Below are positions 11,457-23,645 of a stretch of DNA of 64,000 nt, piece by piece. Both the position numbers and the translations under genes were made by a program. The stretch is from Leucoraja erinacea (lineage: Eukaryota), in NCBI RefSeq assembly GCF_028641065.1, contig NC_073403.1, positions 24,490,001 to 24,554,000 on the forward strand, in the 5' to 3' direction. Numbering within the stretch: position 1 is the stretch's first letter; every line of letters begins with the position of its first letter. Under the pieces are notes generated by a model. The model ran no database searches. It saw only the letters and a program-made list of their open reading frames with translations, and was not told where the DNA came from.

Positions 11457-12933
11457 ACTATGGGTGCTGTCTGTATGGAGTTTTACGTTCTCCCTGTGAC
11501 GGTGTGGATTTTCTCCGGGTGCTTCAATTTCCTCCCACATTCCAAAGGCGTATAGATTTGTAAGTTAGTTGGCTTCAATAAAGATTATAACATTTTAGTA
11601 TACTGTGTGTTTGTTGGTTGGCATGGATTCGGTGGGTCGATGGGCCTATTTCCGTGCTGTATCTCAAAAGTTTAAAGTCACTCCAGCATTGGCTTGTATA
11701 AGGAACAAACATACGGAGGAGGTAGTTGAGGCAGTTATTATCATAACGTTAGAAGCATTTGAACAGTTACATAGATAGGATAGGTTTAGAGGAATATTGG
11801 CCAAACGTGTGCAGGTGGGACTAGTGTAGATGGAGTATAGTTAGTGGAGTGGGCTAGTTGGGCCACTGTTTTCATGCTGTATGACTACGACGTTAATGTT
11901 GTAAAAAGTGGAGAAATCCTGCATGTTGAAAGGAAATAATTGCAAATAAGACAACATTCAATGCAGTGCCAAAAAATTTGCATCCAAATAACAGTTAGCT
12001 GATCTTTATTATGCCATGGATCTTCACCAGCCAGCTAAATTCACTTTTTGTCAAATGATAAAGCGTGAAGATATAAAGATGATACTGCATTAAACATGAT
12101 CTACAAATAATTTTTAAATTGTAATCTTTTTATTATTGTCTTCATGCATATACAGTATGAAATGTTCCCTGTAATTATAACTCAGTCATGAATTGTTTGT
12201 TTTCTTGTTTTGCATAAACTATTTGGAACATTGAATTAAGTTTGACATAATGTTCCATTATTTTTTAAGATAGCAGTGATGGTTTATGATCACATTCAAT
12301 AAATTTAATAGCTAAAAGCAATTACCAGACAAGGTTTATGATAATTCCACCAATATCAACAGAGCCTTACCAGAACCAGTTTAAGGAAAGTCATTCTCAC
12401 AAGTAAGGTCACTTAAAAGTGATCTAAACACGAGAGATAGTTTAGTTTAGTTTATTGTCACGCATGCGGAGGAACAGTGAAAAGCTTTTTTGTTGCTTGC
12501 TATCCAGTCAGCGGAAAGACGATACTTGATTACAATCAAACCATCCGCAATGTGCAGATAAGGATAAAGGGAATAACTTATAGCACAAGATAAAGTCCAG
12601 TAAGGTCCAATAAAAGCTAAGACAAGGGTCTCCAATGAGGTAAATGGTAGGTCAGGACCGCTCTCTAGTTGGTAATAGGATGGTTCAGTTGCCTGATAAC
12701 AGTTGGGAAGAAACTGTCCCTGAATCTGGACGTGTGCGCAAAAGTCAAAGCCTCTGAGAGGCATGAAACCAATATCATTCTTACAGCAGATGGCACAGAA
12801 AATAAAGACACTAGGAACTGCAGATACTGTCTCACAAAAAAAGACACAAAGTGGGCTGGAGTAACTCAACGCGTCAGGCAGCATCTCTGGAGAACATGGA
12901 TAGCTGATTTTTCAGGTCAGGACCCTTCTTCAA

Positions 12934-13349
12934 CTAGAATTTAGAAGATTGAGGGGGGACCTTATAGAAACTTACAAAATTCTTAAGGGGTTGGACAGGC
13001 TAGTTGCAGGAAGATTGTTCCCGATGTTGGGGAAGTCCAGAACAAGGGGTCACAGTTTAAGGATAAAGGGGAAATCTTTTAGGACTGAGCTGAGAAAAAC
13101 ATTTTTTACACAGAGAGTGGTGAATCTCTGGAATTCTCTGCCACAGATTGTAGTTAAGGCCAGTTCATTGGCTATATTTAAGAGGAAGTTAGATGTGGCC
13201 CTTGTCGCTAAAGGGATCAGAGGGTGTGGAGAAAAAGCAGGTAGAGGATACTGAGTTGGATGATCAGCCATGATCATATTGAATGGCGGTGTAGGCTCGA
13301 AGGGCCGAATGGCCTACTCCTGCACCTATTTTCTATGTTTCTTTGTTTC
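12934..13349 (+). mobile_element. CR1 LINE 3' end, relatively young
   Basis: Open frame RGDLIETYKILKGLDR..SRTRGHSL..FFTQRVVNLWNSLP..FKRKLD; tail AAGGGCCGAATGGCCTACTCCTGCACC plus TTTCTATG repeats. Confidence 0.92.
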
Positions 13350-13561
13350 AGATCATGCAACTGGAAATAAATTAGACTAGCCATATTTATTGCAAACTAA
13401 TGACACTCATTTTGAATATTTCAAGATCTTATTATAAAACAAAATGAACCTGGAGCAAAAGCAAAATATTATCTTGTAAAGACAAAAACAGGACAGGCTT
13501 CATAACTGCTTGAGGAATCAAAATGGTGAACCAAAAAAGTATTTTGTTCGAACAACATTGA

Positions 13562-14110
13562 ATATAGAACAGGACAGCACAGCACAGGAACAGGCCCTTC
13601 AGCCAACAAAGTCTGGGACAAATATCATGCCAAGTTAAAGTAATATCCTCTGCCTGCACATGATCCATATCCTTCCATTCCCTGCATATCTACAAGCTTC
13701 TTAAATGCCCCTATTGTATCTGCCCCTACCATCTGCCTGGGAAATGCCTCTGGCACCTGCCACTCTCTGGAGAAAAGGAATTTGCCCCGCACATCTCCTT
13801 TAAATATTGCTCCTCTCACCTTCAACCTATGCCTTCTCACCCTGGGAAAAACATTCTGGCTATCTACCTCCCATAATTTTATATACTTCTGTCAGCTCTC
13901 ACGTTAACCTCTGACGTACCCGCGAATAAAATCCATGTTTTTCCAAAACTCTCCTTTTGGCTAATGCCCTATAATCCAGGTAGCATTCTGGTGAATCTCG
14001 TCTGCACACTCTCCATATCCTTCCTGTAATGGGGCAAACAGAACTCCATACAATATTAAAAATGTTGCTAATAAAGCCCGATATAGCTGCAACATGACTT
14101 CCCGACTCTT
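13562..14110 (-). mobile_element. CR1 LINE 3' fragment, degenerate
   Basis: Reverse strand HRLKVRGAIFKGDVRGKF; CR1 tail GAAGGGCCTGTTCCTGTGCTGT. Confidence 0.8.
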
Positions 14111-14329
14111 AGATATTACCTATCTGTATTTAACTGGTTCCCTTTAGTCTGCTTCATGAACATTATTTTTATTGAGTAAAGCCTTTTATTGGTGCATTTT
14201 AAACCTTGGGACAATTAAACAAATCAGTATTTTTCACTGAACAGCCATGGCTTGCATTGGACTGATTTTTGACCTATGCAGGATTCATACTAATGAAAAT
14301 ATTTTGCTTCATGCACACTTCCTCATTTC

Positions 14330-14547
14330 AAAAATGCTGGAGAAACTTAGCAGGTGAGGCAGCATCTATGGAGCGAAGGAATAAGTAAACGTTTTGGGTC
14401 GAGACCCTTCTTCACCAGTCTGAAGAAGGGTCTCGACCCAAAACGTCACCTTTTCCTTCGCTCCATAGATGCTGCCTCACCCGCTGAGTTTCTCCAGCAT
14501 TTTTGTCTACCTTTGGTTTTTCCAGCATCTGCATTTCTTTCTTAAAC
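14330..14547. mobile_element. Penelope inverted-pLTR fold-back element
   Basis: Arms ~14330-14414 and ~14421-14504 are near-perfect reverse complements. Confidence 0.85.
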
Positions 14548-15244
14548 ATTCTCTTGTTTCAAAAATCTTTTGGGTATCAACACACTTGCTGATTTTTGAC
14601 GTGCAGCTCACACCAGAAAAGATCTAATGATGGAGACAAATGAGAGAGAGGTATTACATAAAAGGCGAAAATATATAATTACAGTACGACAGAAAACTTC
14701 ATAATTACACAGAGACAGAGATAGATGTACATGTATGATTAGACAGAGTAAAGTGAATATATGATTACAAATGGAACACTGAAAGAGTAAGCCAAAATAA
14801 ATTATACAGTGACAATGAATACATTTATAATTATTCAAAGAGAGAGCGTGTATATAATTACAGTGACACTGGAGCTTTTAGAGTTCTTACAGATAAAAAC
14901 CGATGAACCCACACTTAAAAGTGTTAATGGAAAAATTCAAGCTAAAGCTCATTGTTTTAACTTCATGTGCCTTGGCTTGCAGCTTGTGGATAGCAATGGG
15001 CTTCACTGTTGTGATTAGTATTTCAAGTATGCTTTCTACATCGAAACCTTACACTTATCAACTCCCACCTGATTCAGTCCCGAATTTCAAGAATGATATT
15101 ATTTTCAGGTTGCCACAAACTTTGACTCAGACACAAGCATTGAGGGCAACAGGATCCTGGCACTAAAATCAGTAAACATGCCATGCTACGGGTGACTAGT
15201 GGGAAAAGCCCTTTACCGTACCGCGCTAGGTACCGCGCTAGGTA

Positions 15245-15497
15245 CAATCCTGACTACAGGTGCTGTCTGGACGGACTTTGTACGTTCTCTCCCTGACCAC
15301 ATAGGTTTTCCCCGGGTGCCCCAGTTTCCTTCCACACTCCAAAAGACACACAGGTTTGTAGGTTAATTGGCAATAGTAAAGAATGTAAATTGTCCATAGT
15401 GTGTAGGATAGTGCTAGTGTATGCAGAACCCCGATCGGCATGGACTCAGTGGGCCGAAGGGCCTGTTTATGCTCTGGATCTCTAAACTAAACTAAAC
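15245..15497 (+). mobile_element. V-SINE/HE1, head missing
   Basis: ATCCTGACTACAGGTGCTGTCTG..GGGCCGAAGGGCCTG..(CTAAA)n. Confidence 0.85.
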
Positions 15498-15596
15498 AAC
15501 ATAGGACATCATGGTGTCTCACTTTGTAAAGTAGAGTATAATGTAGCATATATTATACTGTAGTGTATACTATACTATAGCATATATTATATTATA

Positions 15597-16582
15597 GCTT
15601 CACTGTGGATTGTCACCTTGTCGTGGTGGAGAAGCCTGTGTAGACCTGAGATCCTGCGAGCGATGCCGTCTGGAGCTGTGCTCCTGGTAGGGCCACCCAT
15701 GGCAGTAAGGTCGAATGGGAAGTCTCTGACAAAGAGCAATCCAACCAAGACCTCAACGGTGGAACAGGCGGAAGACGATGGCTGACCTTAGTGGAGCGTC
15801 ACAACGGCTGGGAAGGCGGATGAAGGCTGCTGCAGAAAAGGGTCTCCGATCGTCTTGGACTCCATTCCACCAGATCCTGACCCAGATCTGTCAAGGACCG
15901 TGGGGTGGCTGGCTGCCTGTGCACCAGTCTCCCTACTTTAAACAAAATCACGCACAGGCATCCTCCATATAGCACCCTGGGGGGGTGAAGGAAAACACCA
16001 AATGCAAACCTCCAATGCCTTGTGGCTATTACCTTATTCGGGAAAGGTGAAGACTGGATCCGGCAGAATACGCGGAGGAGGCCACCATTCAGCGGTCCAA
16101 CGGGTAGGAAGATGGACCCAGCAAAGCGTAGCATTGCGAAGCGCAATTAGGGCACAATATTCACGCAGAACACTGGTGGATGTCCACTGCATCCTAACCT
16201 ATCACCAACCGTTTTGACTATGTCTTGCCACTGGATTCAGATAGACAGGGACGAGAGAGTGAGGCTGATGATTTGCGCAACTCTCCCTCACTTTACTCCA
16301 AGTCAAGTGCAAGTCATGACTTCAGAACCCGTACCGTCCAACTAGGCGAAGCAAGATCACCACGGGAGCGCGTGCAGCTGAGAAGAAGCGCACAGCAAAA
16401 ACTCTGAGGAAATGCGCCGCGCGCAAGGCTCGAGCCACCAACGTCTACTGCAGCACCCACCCAGCTGTGTCCCATATGCGGGCTAGCCTTCCGGCCCCGG
16501 ATTGGTCTCACCAGTCACCTCCGGAACCACAAACAAAAAAAAAGTCATGGTCTTCTTCGACTACGAAGGACGAACAACAACA
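15597..16582 (+). mobile_element. Internally deleted RTE-clade LINE (5' UTR joined to ORF C-terminus and tail)
   Basis: 5' CACCTTGTCGTGGTGGAG..AGGGCCACCCA..GGTC..CTGACAAA resembles RTE/BovB 5' ends; 3' encodes LCPICGLAFRPRIGLTSHLRNH; tail hairpin TCTTCGACTACGAAGGA plus (CAA)n; probable TSD ATATTATA. Confidence 0.8.
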
Positions 16583-16779
16583 ATATTATACAGATAAGGA
16601 ACAATTCTTTCAATTCCCATTCCAGATGTCTCTCTTCCATGCTGCTCTCTAACAAAACAGAATAACTGTAGTCAACTCTTTTGAAATAGAGAGAGTCATT
16701 GATCCCACACTGAATGATGGATTCAAACGGCAAGATGTTGCAGATATCTGCAGCACCAGCATGGGTGAAGGGATGTTTA

Positions 16780-17225
16780 AAAGCTCTTTAGTTTTTTTTT
16801 TTAACTTAGAGATGCTATTCAGTGATAGCATGAAAATAGGCTCTTTGGCCCACTGGTAGACACAAAATGCTGGAGTAACTCAGCGGGACAAGCAGCATCT
16901 CTGGAGAGAAGGAATGGGTGACCTTTCGGGTCGAGACCCTTCTTCAGTGAGTCCACGCCGACCATCGATCACCCGTTCACATTAGTTTTATCTTGTCCAA
17001 CTTTTGCATCCACTCCCTACACACCGTGGGGATTTACAGAGGACAATTAATCTAGAGACCCGCCAGTCTTTGGGATGTGGGAGGAAACTGGTGCACCCGG
17101 AGGAAGCTCACACAGTCACAGGGAGAAGATGCAAGCTCCACACAGACAGCACCCGTGGTCAGGATTGAATATGGGTCACTGGTGATGTAAAGCAGTGGCA
17201 CTACCAGCTGTGCTGCTGCGCCCCT
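16780..17225 (-). mobile_element. V-SINE/HE1 with a Penelope pLTR inserted at ~16856-16947
   Basis: SINE head at ~17160-17225; insert reads GTAGACACAAAATGCTGGAGTAACTCAG..GACCCTTCTTCAG. Confidence 0.8.
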
Positions 17226-18747
17226 CCTGACTACCATTGTTCTATCTTTGCCGATACTGCAGATCATGCCTTACTCTGAGGTGGTAGTTTTCATCTGGAG
17301 CAGGTGGAAAATTTCAATCTTAAATAGCATTTCAAAATATATGTCAAAGATTTAGTAGAGAGAATTGTTTCTTGAACACACTGGGTGGATGGGGCCTCCC
17401 AAGTGAAATTTTTATTTCTCTTCTGTGGTTCGCCTTATTCTTATTGCTCTTCAATCTTTCGTACAAAAAGATTTTCTACTTTTCTACTCTTACATTCATA
17501 TCTATGAGCAACTTAATTTTGCAGGAGCCCTACAGTCAATACTACTTCTTGCCAGGGCCTCAAAGTGAAATTCTTCCTGTCCTTCTCCTTATGAAATAAG
17601 AATGGTTAGCCTTTTTCTTATTTCTCTATGATCTTTCTCACGAAAGGATTTTCTGCTCATATATTCATATCTATGAGCAACTGATGTTTGCAGAAGCCCA
17701 ACGGTCAAGTCAAAATCCATCATTACTTGTCATGTTGTTCACTTCTGGAAGTTTTAAAGAATACCCGAAAGCAAGGCAACATTAACCAGTGAAAATCAAT
17801 CGACAACTAAACGGCTACTGGGTAATTTATGTACAAGGAGCTGGCAGGAGGTCATTCCTGCTGCTGAACAAATGTTTAGCTGTGCTGGGTTAGCTGGGGT
17901 TCTAATATCACCATGTCAATGTTAAAGCTATGTTGCAGGCTGCTTGACAGCATGATTTCCAGAGGGCATTAGCTACACACTGGCTAACACCTCACCAAAG
18001 GAGGAGGCAACTTAACAAATTCCACAAATATATGCATGCGCAGCTATCATTATTTTTGAACCAATAAGTATCATTGAACCATTTTTTGGCAAAAATGCTG
18101 CAAATAAATAAAATTAATGATACAATAAAGTTCAAAAATTCCAACGACTATCCATCCTGAATATAGTAGGATTGCTCGGAGATCATAGGAGTTAAGAATT
18201 TATAGAGAATTACATGTTAGCCGTGTTGTGGGTCTGGCAGAGTAGTCGCTGATTGTGGTAAGTTGTCAATAATATCTGAAGCAAAGAATCGTGTTCCTTT
18301 GCTTTGAGGCTGTTTTGTACATATAAAGTAATGCGAAAATGGTGCCAACTTAACATGGAACACAGCACAAGAAAAGCCCTTCAGCCCACAATATATATGC
18401 CGGACATGATGCCAAGATGAACTATTCTCCTCCGCCTGAACGTGATCCATATTCCTCCATATCTGCCTCCACCACAACACCTGCCAATGCGTGCACCACC
18501 TTCTGTGTTGAGAAACGTCCACCGCACTTCTTTAAACTTTGCCCTATGACTGGCAACGTCGTTGTTTCTTTCAAATAAAGTTTGGAGAGATGAAATGAGA
18601 CCATTTTGCATCAGCCCACAAATTCCTCAAAATGTTTCTCAACAAAATGACACTTGCACTTGCAATTGATTTTCACGTTGGTCCTCAACCAGCTAAATGG
18701 AGGAAAGAGAGCACCACCTCCCAAGATATCCACTGCCTTCTTTGTCA

Positions 18748-19135
18748 AGGGGGATCTCATTGAAACTTACCAAATAGCGAAAAGGCCCAGATGGAATGAA
18801 TCATGGAGCGGATGTTTACACTAGTGGCAGTCTGGAACCAGAGGCAATAGCCTCTTAATAAAAGGACACACCTTAAAAAAGGAGATGAAGAGGAATTTCT
18901 TCAGTCAGAGGGTGGGAATTTGTGGACTTCATTGCCACAGATGGCGGTGGAGGCCAAGTCATTGGGTATTTTAAAGGCGAAAATTAACAGGCTCTTGATT
19001 AGTATGGGTGCCAAGAGTTATGGGGAGAAGGCAGGAGAATGGGGTTGAGAGGGAATGATAGATCAGCCATGAATGAACGTCAGAGTAGACTCGATAGGCA
19101 AATGGCCTACTTCTTTTCCCATGACATGAACTTAT
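18748..19135 (+). mobile_element. CR1 LINE 3' end, degenerate (another CR1 tail on the minus strand at ~18350-18550)
   Basis: GGGGATCTCATTGAAACTTAC (GDLIETY)..TTCTTCAGTCAGAGGGTG..AATGGCCTACTTC. Confidence 0.8.
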
Positions 19136-20636
19136 GAACACATCCTGCCTCATTTGTATCAGAGTCTGTGAAACCTACAAAAGCCTCAACAGCCACCTCT
19201 AAACACATAGAATAAGAGCAATAACAAGTCATCCTGACTCTCAAGGAACTGCAGAGCAGACAACTACAATTTCGTGCCCAATGATTAATGCCCAAAGTGT
19301 GCTGAATAAGGGAACCTCAATAGACCTCAATGACAATGGTTCACTTTCCACACTGTGAATGATGTGACCAGTCATAGGATGTGATAGAAACATCTCATCC
19401 CTTCCGCCTTGTGGCGTCAACAAGATTTTAAACAGTATTTTTTTAAGAACCTGATGAAACTAATCACTTTTTAGCTAAAGCTGTTCTTCCTGCAGATGGG
19501 GAGTAAGATGAAACTGGCTAGTAATTGATAAACAAAGGACAAGTTTCCAGCTTCCTCATCATAAAGTCATTACAGGCATCAAGGACAGAAATAAACTCTC
19601 CACCAGCTCAACAGTGGTGAAAGTCACTGCATCTGACAAATTGGCTCGAGAACACAAAATTGATGGTTAAGCTGCCCTGAGAGCCTAAAATACGAGAAAC
19701 TATAGAATTAATGACCATATATGGACAGACAATGTAGTGTATCTCTGCTCACAATGCATAATGTTGGATGAGGACATAATCAAGGTGATTCTAATGATGT
19801 GTGAAAAAACAATGGCAGTCAATAGAACCCAGACAAAGTACTGACATTCATCTGCGGAAGCACACTCCAACCAATAATTTATTGACTCAACTAGCGAGGT
19901 TAATCTGAAGAGAAAAAATATGTTGTAATTTTAAACTCTCTCACGCAGTAGCAATTTGAAGGAAAGTAAAAACTAAGAATGAAAATGGAGCCTAATTCAA
20001 GGGTCTGAAACTGTAGTTTGTTAAATATATTTGAACAGTTGATAGCATATTTGAATAGTTTAGTTTGGTTTAGCTCATTGTCACATGTACTGAGCTACAG
20101 TGAAAATCTTTTTTGTTGCGTGCTGTCCAGTCAGCAGAAAGACTATACATGATTATAATCAAGGGAAATATGTTTAATGTAAGATAAATTCTAGTAAAGT
20201 CTGATTGAAGATAGTCCCATGGTCTCCAATGTCGTAGATAGTAGGTCCGGACTGCTCTTTAGTTGGTGATAAGATGGTTCAACAAAGAAAAGCTGCTCCT
20301 CATGTAATTTAATAAAAATGTTTTCACATTTGTTAACCTCCTTGCCCTGTTATTTCAACTTGGACAGGAGTTACAATAAAAATGCCAAACTCCCTATGTT
20401 ATACGACTGAATCTTATGTTGTACCAAATAGGCAAAACCACTGTCCCAAAATAATGTCACCATTCATCTCCCACAATCTCACTCATCAAGATGCCTTCAT
20501 CTCTTTCAGTAATCCAACCTCATGATAAATTAAGGTTGGGCTATTGAAGGAGTGTGGAGAACTATCACCACACCTTTCCTGACCTGCCAATACTTCCCAA
20601 AAATACCAGCCTGGGGTTGTCTTTATACATTATTTA

Positions 20637-20960
20637 GGGGTGGCACAGTGGCACAGCTGGTAGAGCCACTGATTCATAGTGCCAGAGATCCTGGTTCAAT
20701 CCTGACTTCGGGTGCTGTCTATGTGGAGTTTGCATGTTCTCCCTGTGACCGCTCGAGTTTCTTCCAGGTGTTCCGGTTTCCTTCTACATCCCAAAGACGT
20801 GTGGGTTTGTAGCTTAATTTTGCCTCTGTAAATTGCGCCTAGTGTGTCGGGAGTGGATAAGAAAATGGGACAACATAGAACCAGTGTGAACGGGTGAGCG
20901 ATGGCCAGTGTGGATTTGGTGGGCCGAAGGCCCTATTTCCACGCTGTGTCTTGCAAAGCA
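20637..20960 (+). mobile_element. V-SINE/HE1 full length
   Basis: A-box TGGCACAGCTGG, B-box GGTTCAATCC, V-domain, CR1 tail. Confidence 0.88.
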
Positions 20961-21111
20961 AATTCCAATTCAAACTCCAAATAAACAGTGGGATGCAGTT
21001 TAAAGTTGGCCTGAACAAAGTGGAACAATATTGCACTAATTTCTGTATTTTTTAGCAATGGTTGGGTAATTCAACGTCTGACTCTTCAGCGATGTTTCAT
21101 TTGCCCTGGAT

Positions 21112-21637
21112 CTGTGTTTCCCAAAGTGGGGTGTTAGTCCCCCTCTGGGGGGGGGGCTGTGGGGTTATCTAGGGGAACAGGAGAAGGGCAGGTGTCTGTA
21201 TGTACTTGACCTGCTTATGGGGCAGTTGTTCTGCCGTGCTCTCCACTGACCTTCACTCTAAAAGCATGCACTGTTGCTAATAGTAAATGGTATCTAAGGC
21301 TCTCGCTAAGTAACTCAGATTTTCAAAAGATTCAGATTCAGATTCAGATTCAATTTTATTTGTCATTGTCAGTGTACAGTACAGAGACAACGAAATGCAT
21401 TGGCATCACTGGATCAAATTCATAAATTTTGTTAAATGAATGATACAAAAAAAGTTGTAATTGGATTTTGAATAAATGCACAATTAATTATTACTCTTTT
21501 GAATGTTATTGTTTTATTATCTTCCTAAGTGGGTCATGCAGACTGTTATTTCGCTTTTTATGGGGTAGAATAGGGGGCACGGAGGATGAGTTTACAGAGC
21601 AAAAGGGGCGGTGGCCGAAAAAGTTTGGGGACCACTG
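21112..21637. mobile_element. hAT-Charlie-type MITE with a nested Rex1-type tail (~21328-21400, minus)
   Basis: Ends CTGTGTTTCCCAAAG and GTTTGGGGACCACTG; degenerate 8-bp TSD CCCTGGAT/CCCTAGAA. Confidence 0.7.
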
Positions 21638-22014
21638 CCCTAGAATATTTTTTCTAACATGAAACTCTTCCAATCAAAGTCAACAGTAGTTCAATATTCA
21701 AAATTTGTCTGCAGCAAGATTTCCCATGCCACTGATCTGACAAAGAATAATTCTATATCCTCAAAGAACAATCAATGCTCCATAATCCCAACACACCTGA
21801 GACTTTGCTGCAATAGGATCCACGTTCATGCTGCATGTGTTGCTTCTTTGAGATCTATGCTCTTGCATCATCAAGTAGAGCCTCACATGTCCCTGGGTCC
21901 CTTTGCTGTTGAAAATCACGCCTACAATTTCAGTTTTGTAGCCTCACCATTATTCCATGCTATTGATAATGATCTCAGCCATGTCTCACAGATTCTTGCT
22001 CACTGCTGCACTAA

Positions 22015-22136
22015 GGAAGTCATCCAAACTCTATGCACAGAGAAGACTTCATCTACTTTTCCTTTAGAGTATGGGAAGTCATCCAAACTCTATGCACAGA
22101 GAAGACTTCATCTACTTTTCCTTTAGAGTATGGGAA
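22015..22136. repeat. Perfect 59-bp tandem duplication
   Basis: GGAAGTCATCCAAACTCTATGCACAGAGAAGACTTCATCTACTTTTCCTTTAGAGTATG x2, plus GGAA. Confidence 0.95.
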
Positions 22137-23348
22137 CAGATAGAGTGAACATTGCATTTGGCTGATTTGTATTTGGCTGCATTCGATCCTGACCTCGGGT
22201 GCTGTCTGTGCGGAGTTTCCTCCGGGTGCTTTGGTTTCCTCCCACATCCCAAAGACGTGTGGGTTTGGAGGTTAATTGACCTCAGAGAATTGCCCCTAAA
22301 CTGTGGGGGAGTGTGAACCTGTACTATGACCGCACTCGTGTCCTTACTCACACCGCCCTAGAAACCTCCTGCTGGAATGCATGGCTATGGCCCTGATATC
22401 TCATCATTCCCGATTTTCACTACTCTACTCTTCTTAAATAGTGGGATCACATTTGCCATCCTCCAATTCATAGGAATTATTTCAGAATCTATTGAATTTT
22501 GGAAGATGATAACCGGAGCATGCATTACCCCCATAGCCACAGCTTTCAGGATTTAAAAGTCAGGTTCCTGCGATTTATCAATTTTCAGACTCATTAATTT
22601 CCCCAGAGTCAATGTTGTTACTATTTTTCTTTAATGCACAAAATGTAGAGGACTTTTGTTTTTCCAGTAGTTTGGGAGGGTTTTTTTTAATCCCTATTTC
22701 TCATCTCAGTCTCAAATGAGTCTGCATTTCCCCTCACTAGTCCTTTCCTTTCACATCCCATTTTGTACCAGTTGTCTGAAGAAGGGTTCCAACCTGAAAC
22801 ATCACCTATCAATTTTCAACAGAGGAGCTGCCTGACCTGCTGAGTTACACCAGCATTTTGTGTCTATCTTGTATCACTTTTCCTATTCTGCTTTTCTATC
22901 TTAATTTATTGCAAATCGTGTTTTATTTCCCTTCAACACTGCTCACCTCATTGAAACCGCACTCCCGTCCCCTGCAATCAACAATTCCCATTGAGGCTAT
23001 TTGTCCACCACCTCTCTCTGTCCCCGGGTCACTCTCTGATTCATTACTCCCACCAGCCACGATTCCTCCAGTCCAGGCCATACCCAAACTTACAGTCTCC
23101 CTTGTGATACCCTAACTCTTCCTGGGTTGCTGCTTCTGCTGAAGAGTTGCCTAACTTGACAGGATGCCATATTTTTAACCCTTCCAGGCAAAGAATCGGG
23201 TTGTAAATAAAAAACATGATCATACAGAGTTAAATTCTGACAAAACTATTCTTTTTTTAAAACTGCACTCAGTTTTCTGAATCTAGTCACACTCATGATT
23301 CATACACAAGCAGATTGTCTCAATTGTGTACCTATTCCATTTTAAGAG

Positions 23349-23645
23349 AGGCGCAGTGGCTCAGCAGTAGAATTGCTGCCTTACAGTGCTGGAAACCTGG
23401 GTTCAATCCTGACTACGGTGCTATTTGTCCAGAGTTTCTACGTTCTCCCTGTGACTGCGTGTGTGGGTTTTCTATGGGTGCTCTGGTTTCCTCCCGCACT
23501 CCAAAGATTTACAGGTTTGTACATTAATTGGCTTCTGCAAATTGCCCCTCATACGTAAGATAGTGCTAGTGTACAGGGTGATCGCTGGTCGGTGCAGACT
23601 CAGTGGGCTAAAGGGCGTGTTTCGGCGCTGTATCTCTAAAGTCAA
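23349..23645 (+). mobile_element. V-SINE/HE1 full length
   Basis: TGGCTCAGCAGT..GGGTTCAATCC..GCTGTATCTCTAAA. Confidence 0.88.

Larger units (their letters stand above)
3689..13111. repeat. Tandem duplication: copy 1 3689-8352, copy 2 8353-13111
   Basis: Collinear near-identical sequence at offset 4664, rising to ~4760 after indels; about 5 substitutions in the first 830 bp by eye. Confidence 0.97.

Noticed and set aside
19140-19900. Unique-looking stretch that might be a decayed coding sequence
   Set aside because: No sustained frame or recognisable motif by eye; needs a translated search.
20637-20710. tRNA genes at SINE heads and at 49095-49120
   Set aside because: Heads continue into V-domains and LINE tails; the 49095 piece is only 26 nt and includes CCA, so it is primer-derived.
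21659-22126. 155-aa plus-strand ORF
   Set aside because: No recognisable domain, and part of its length comes from the 59-bp tandem duplication.
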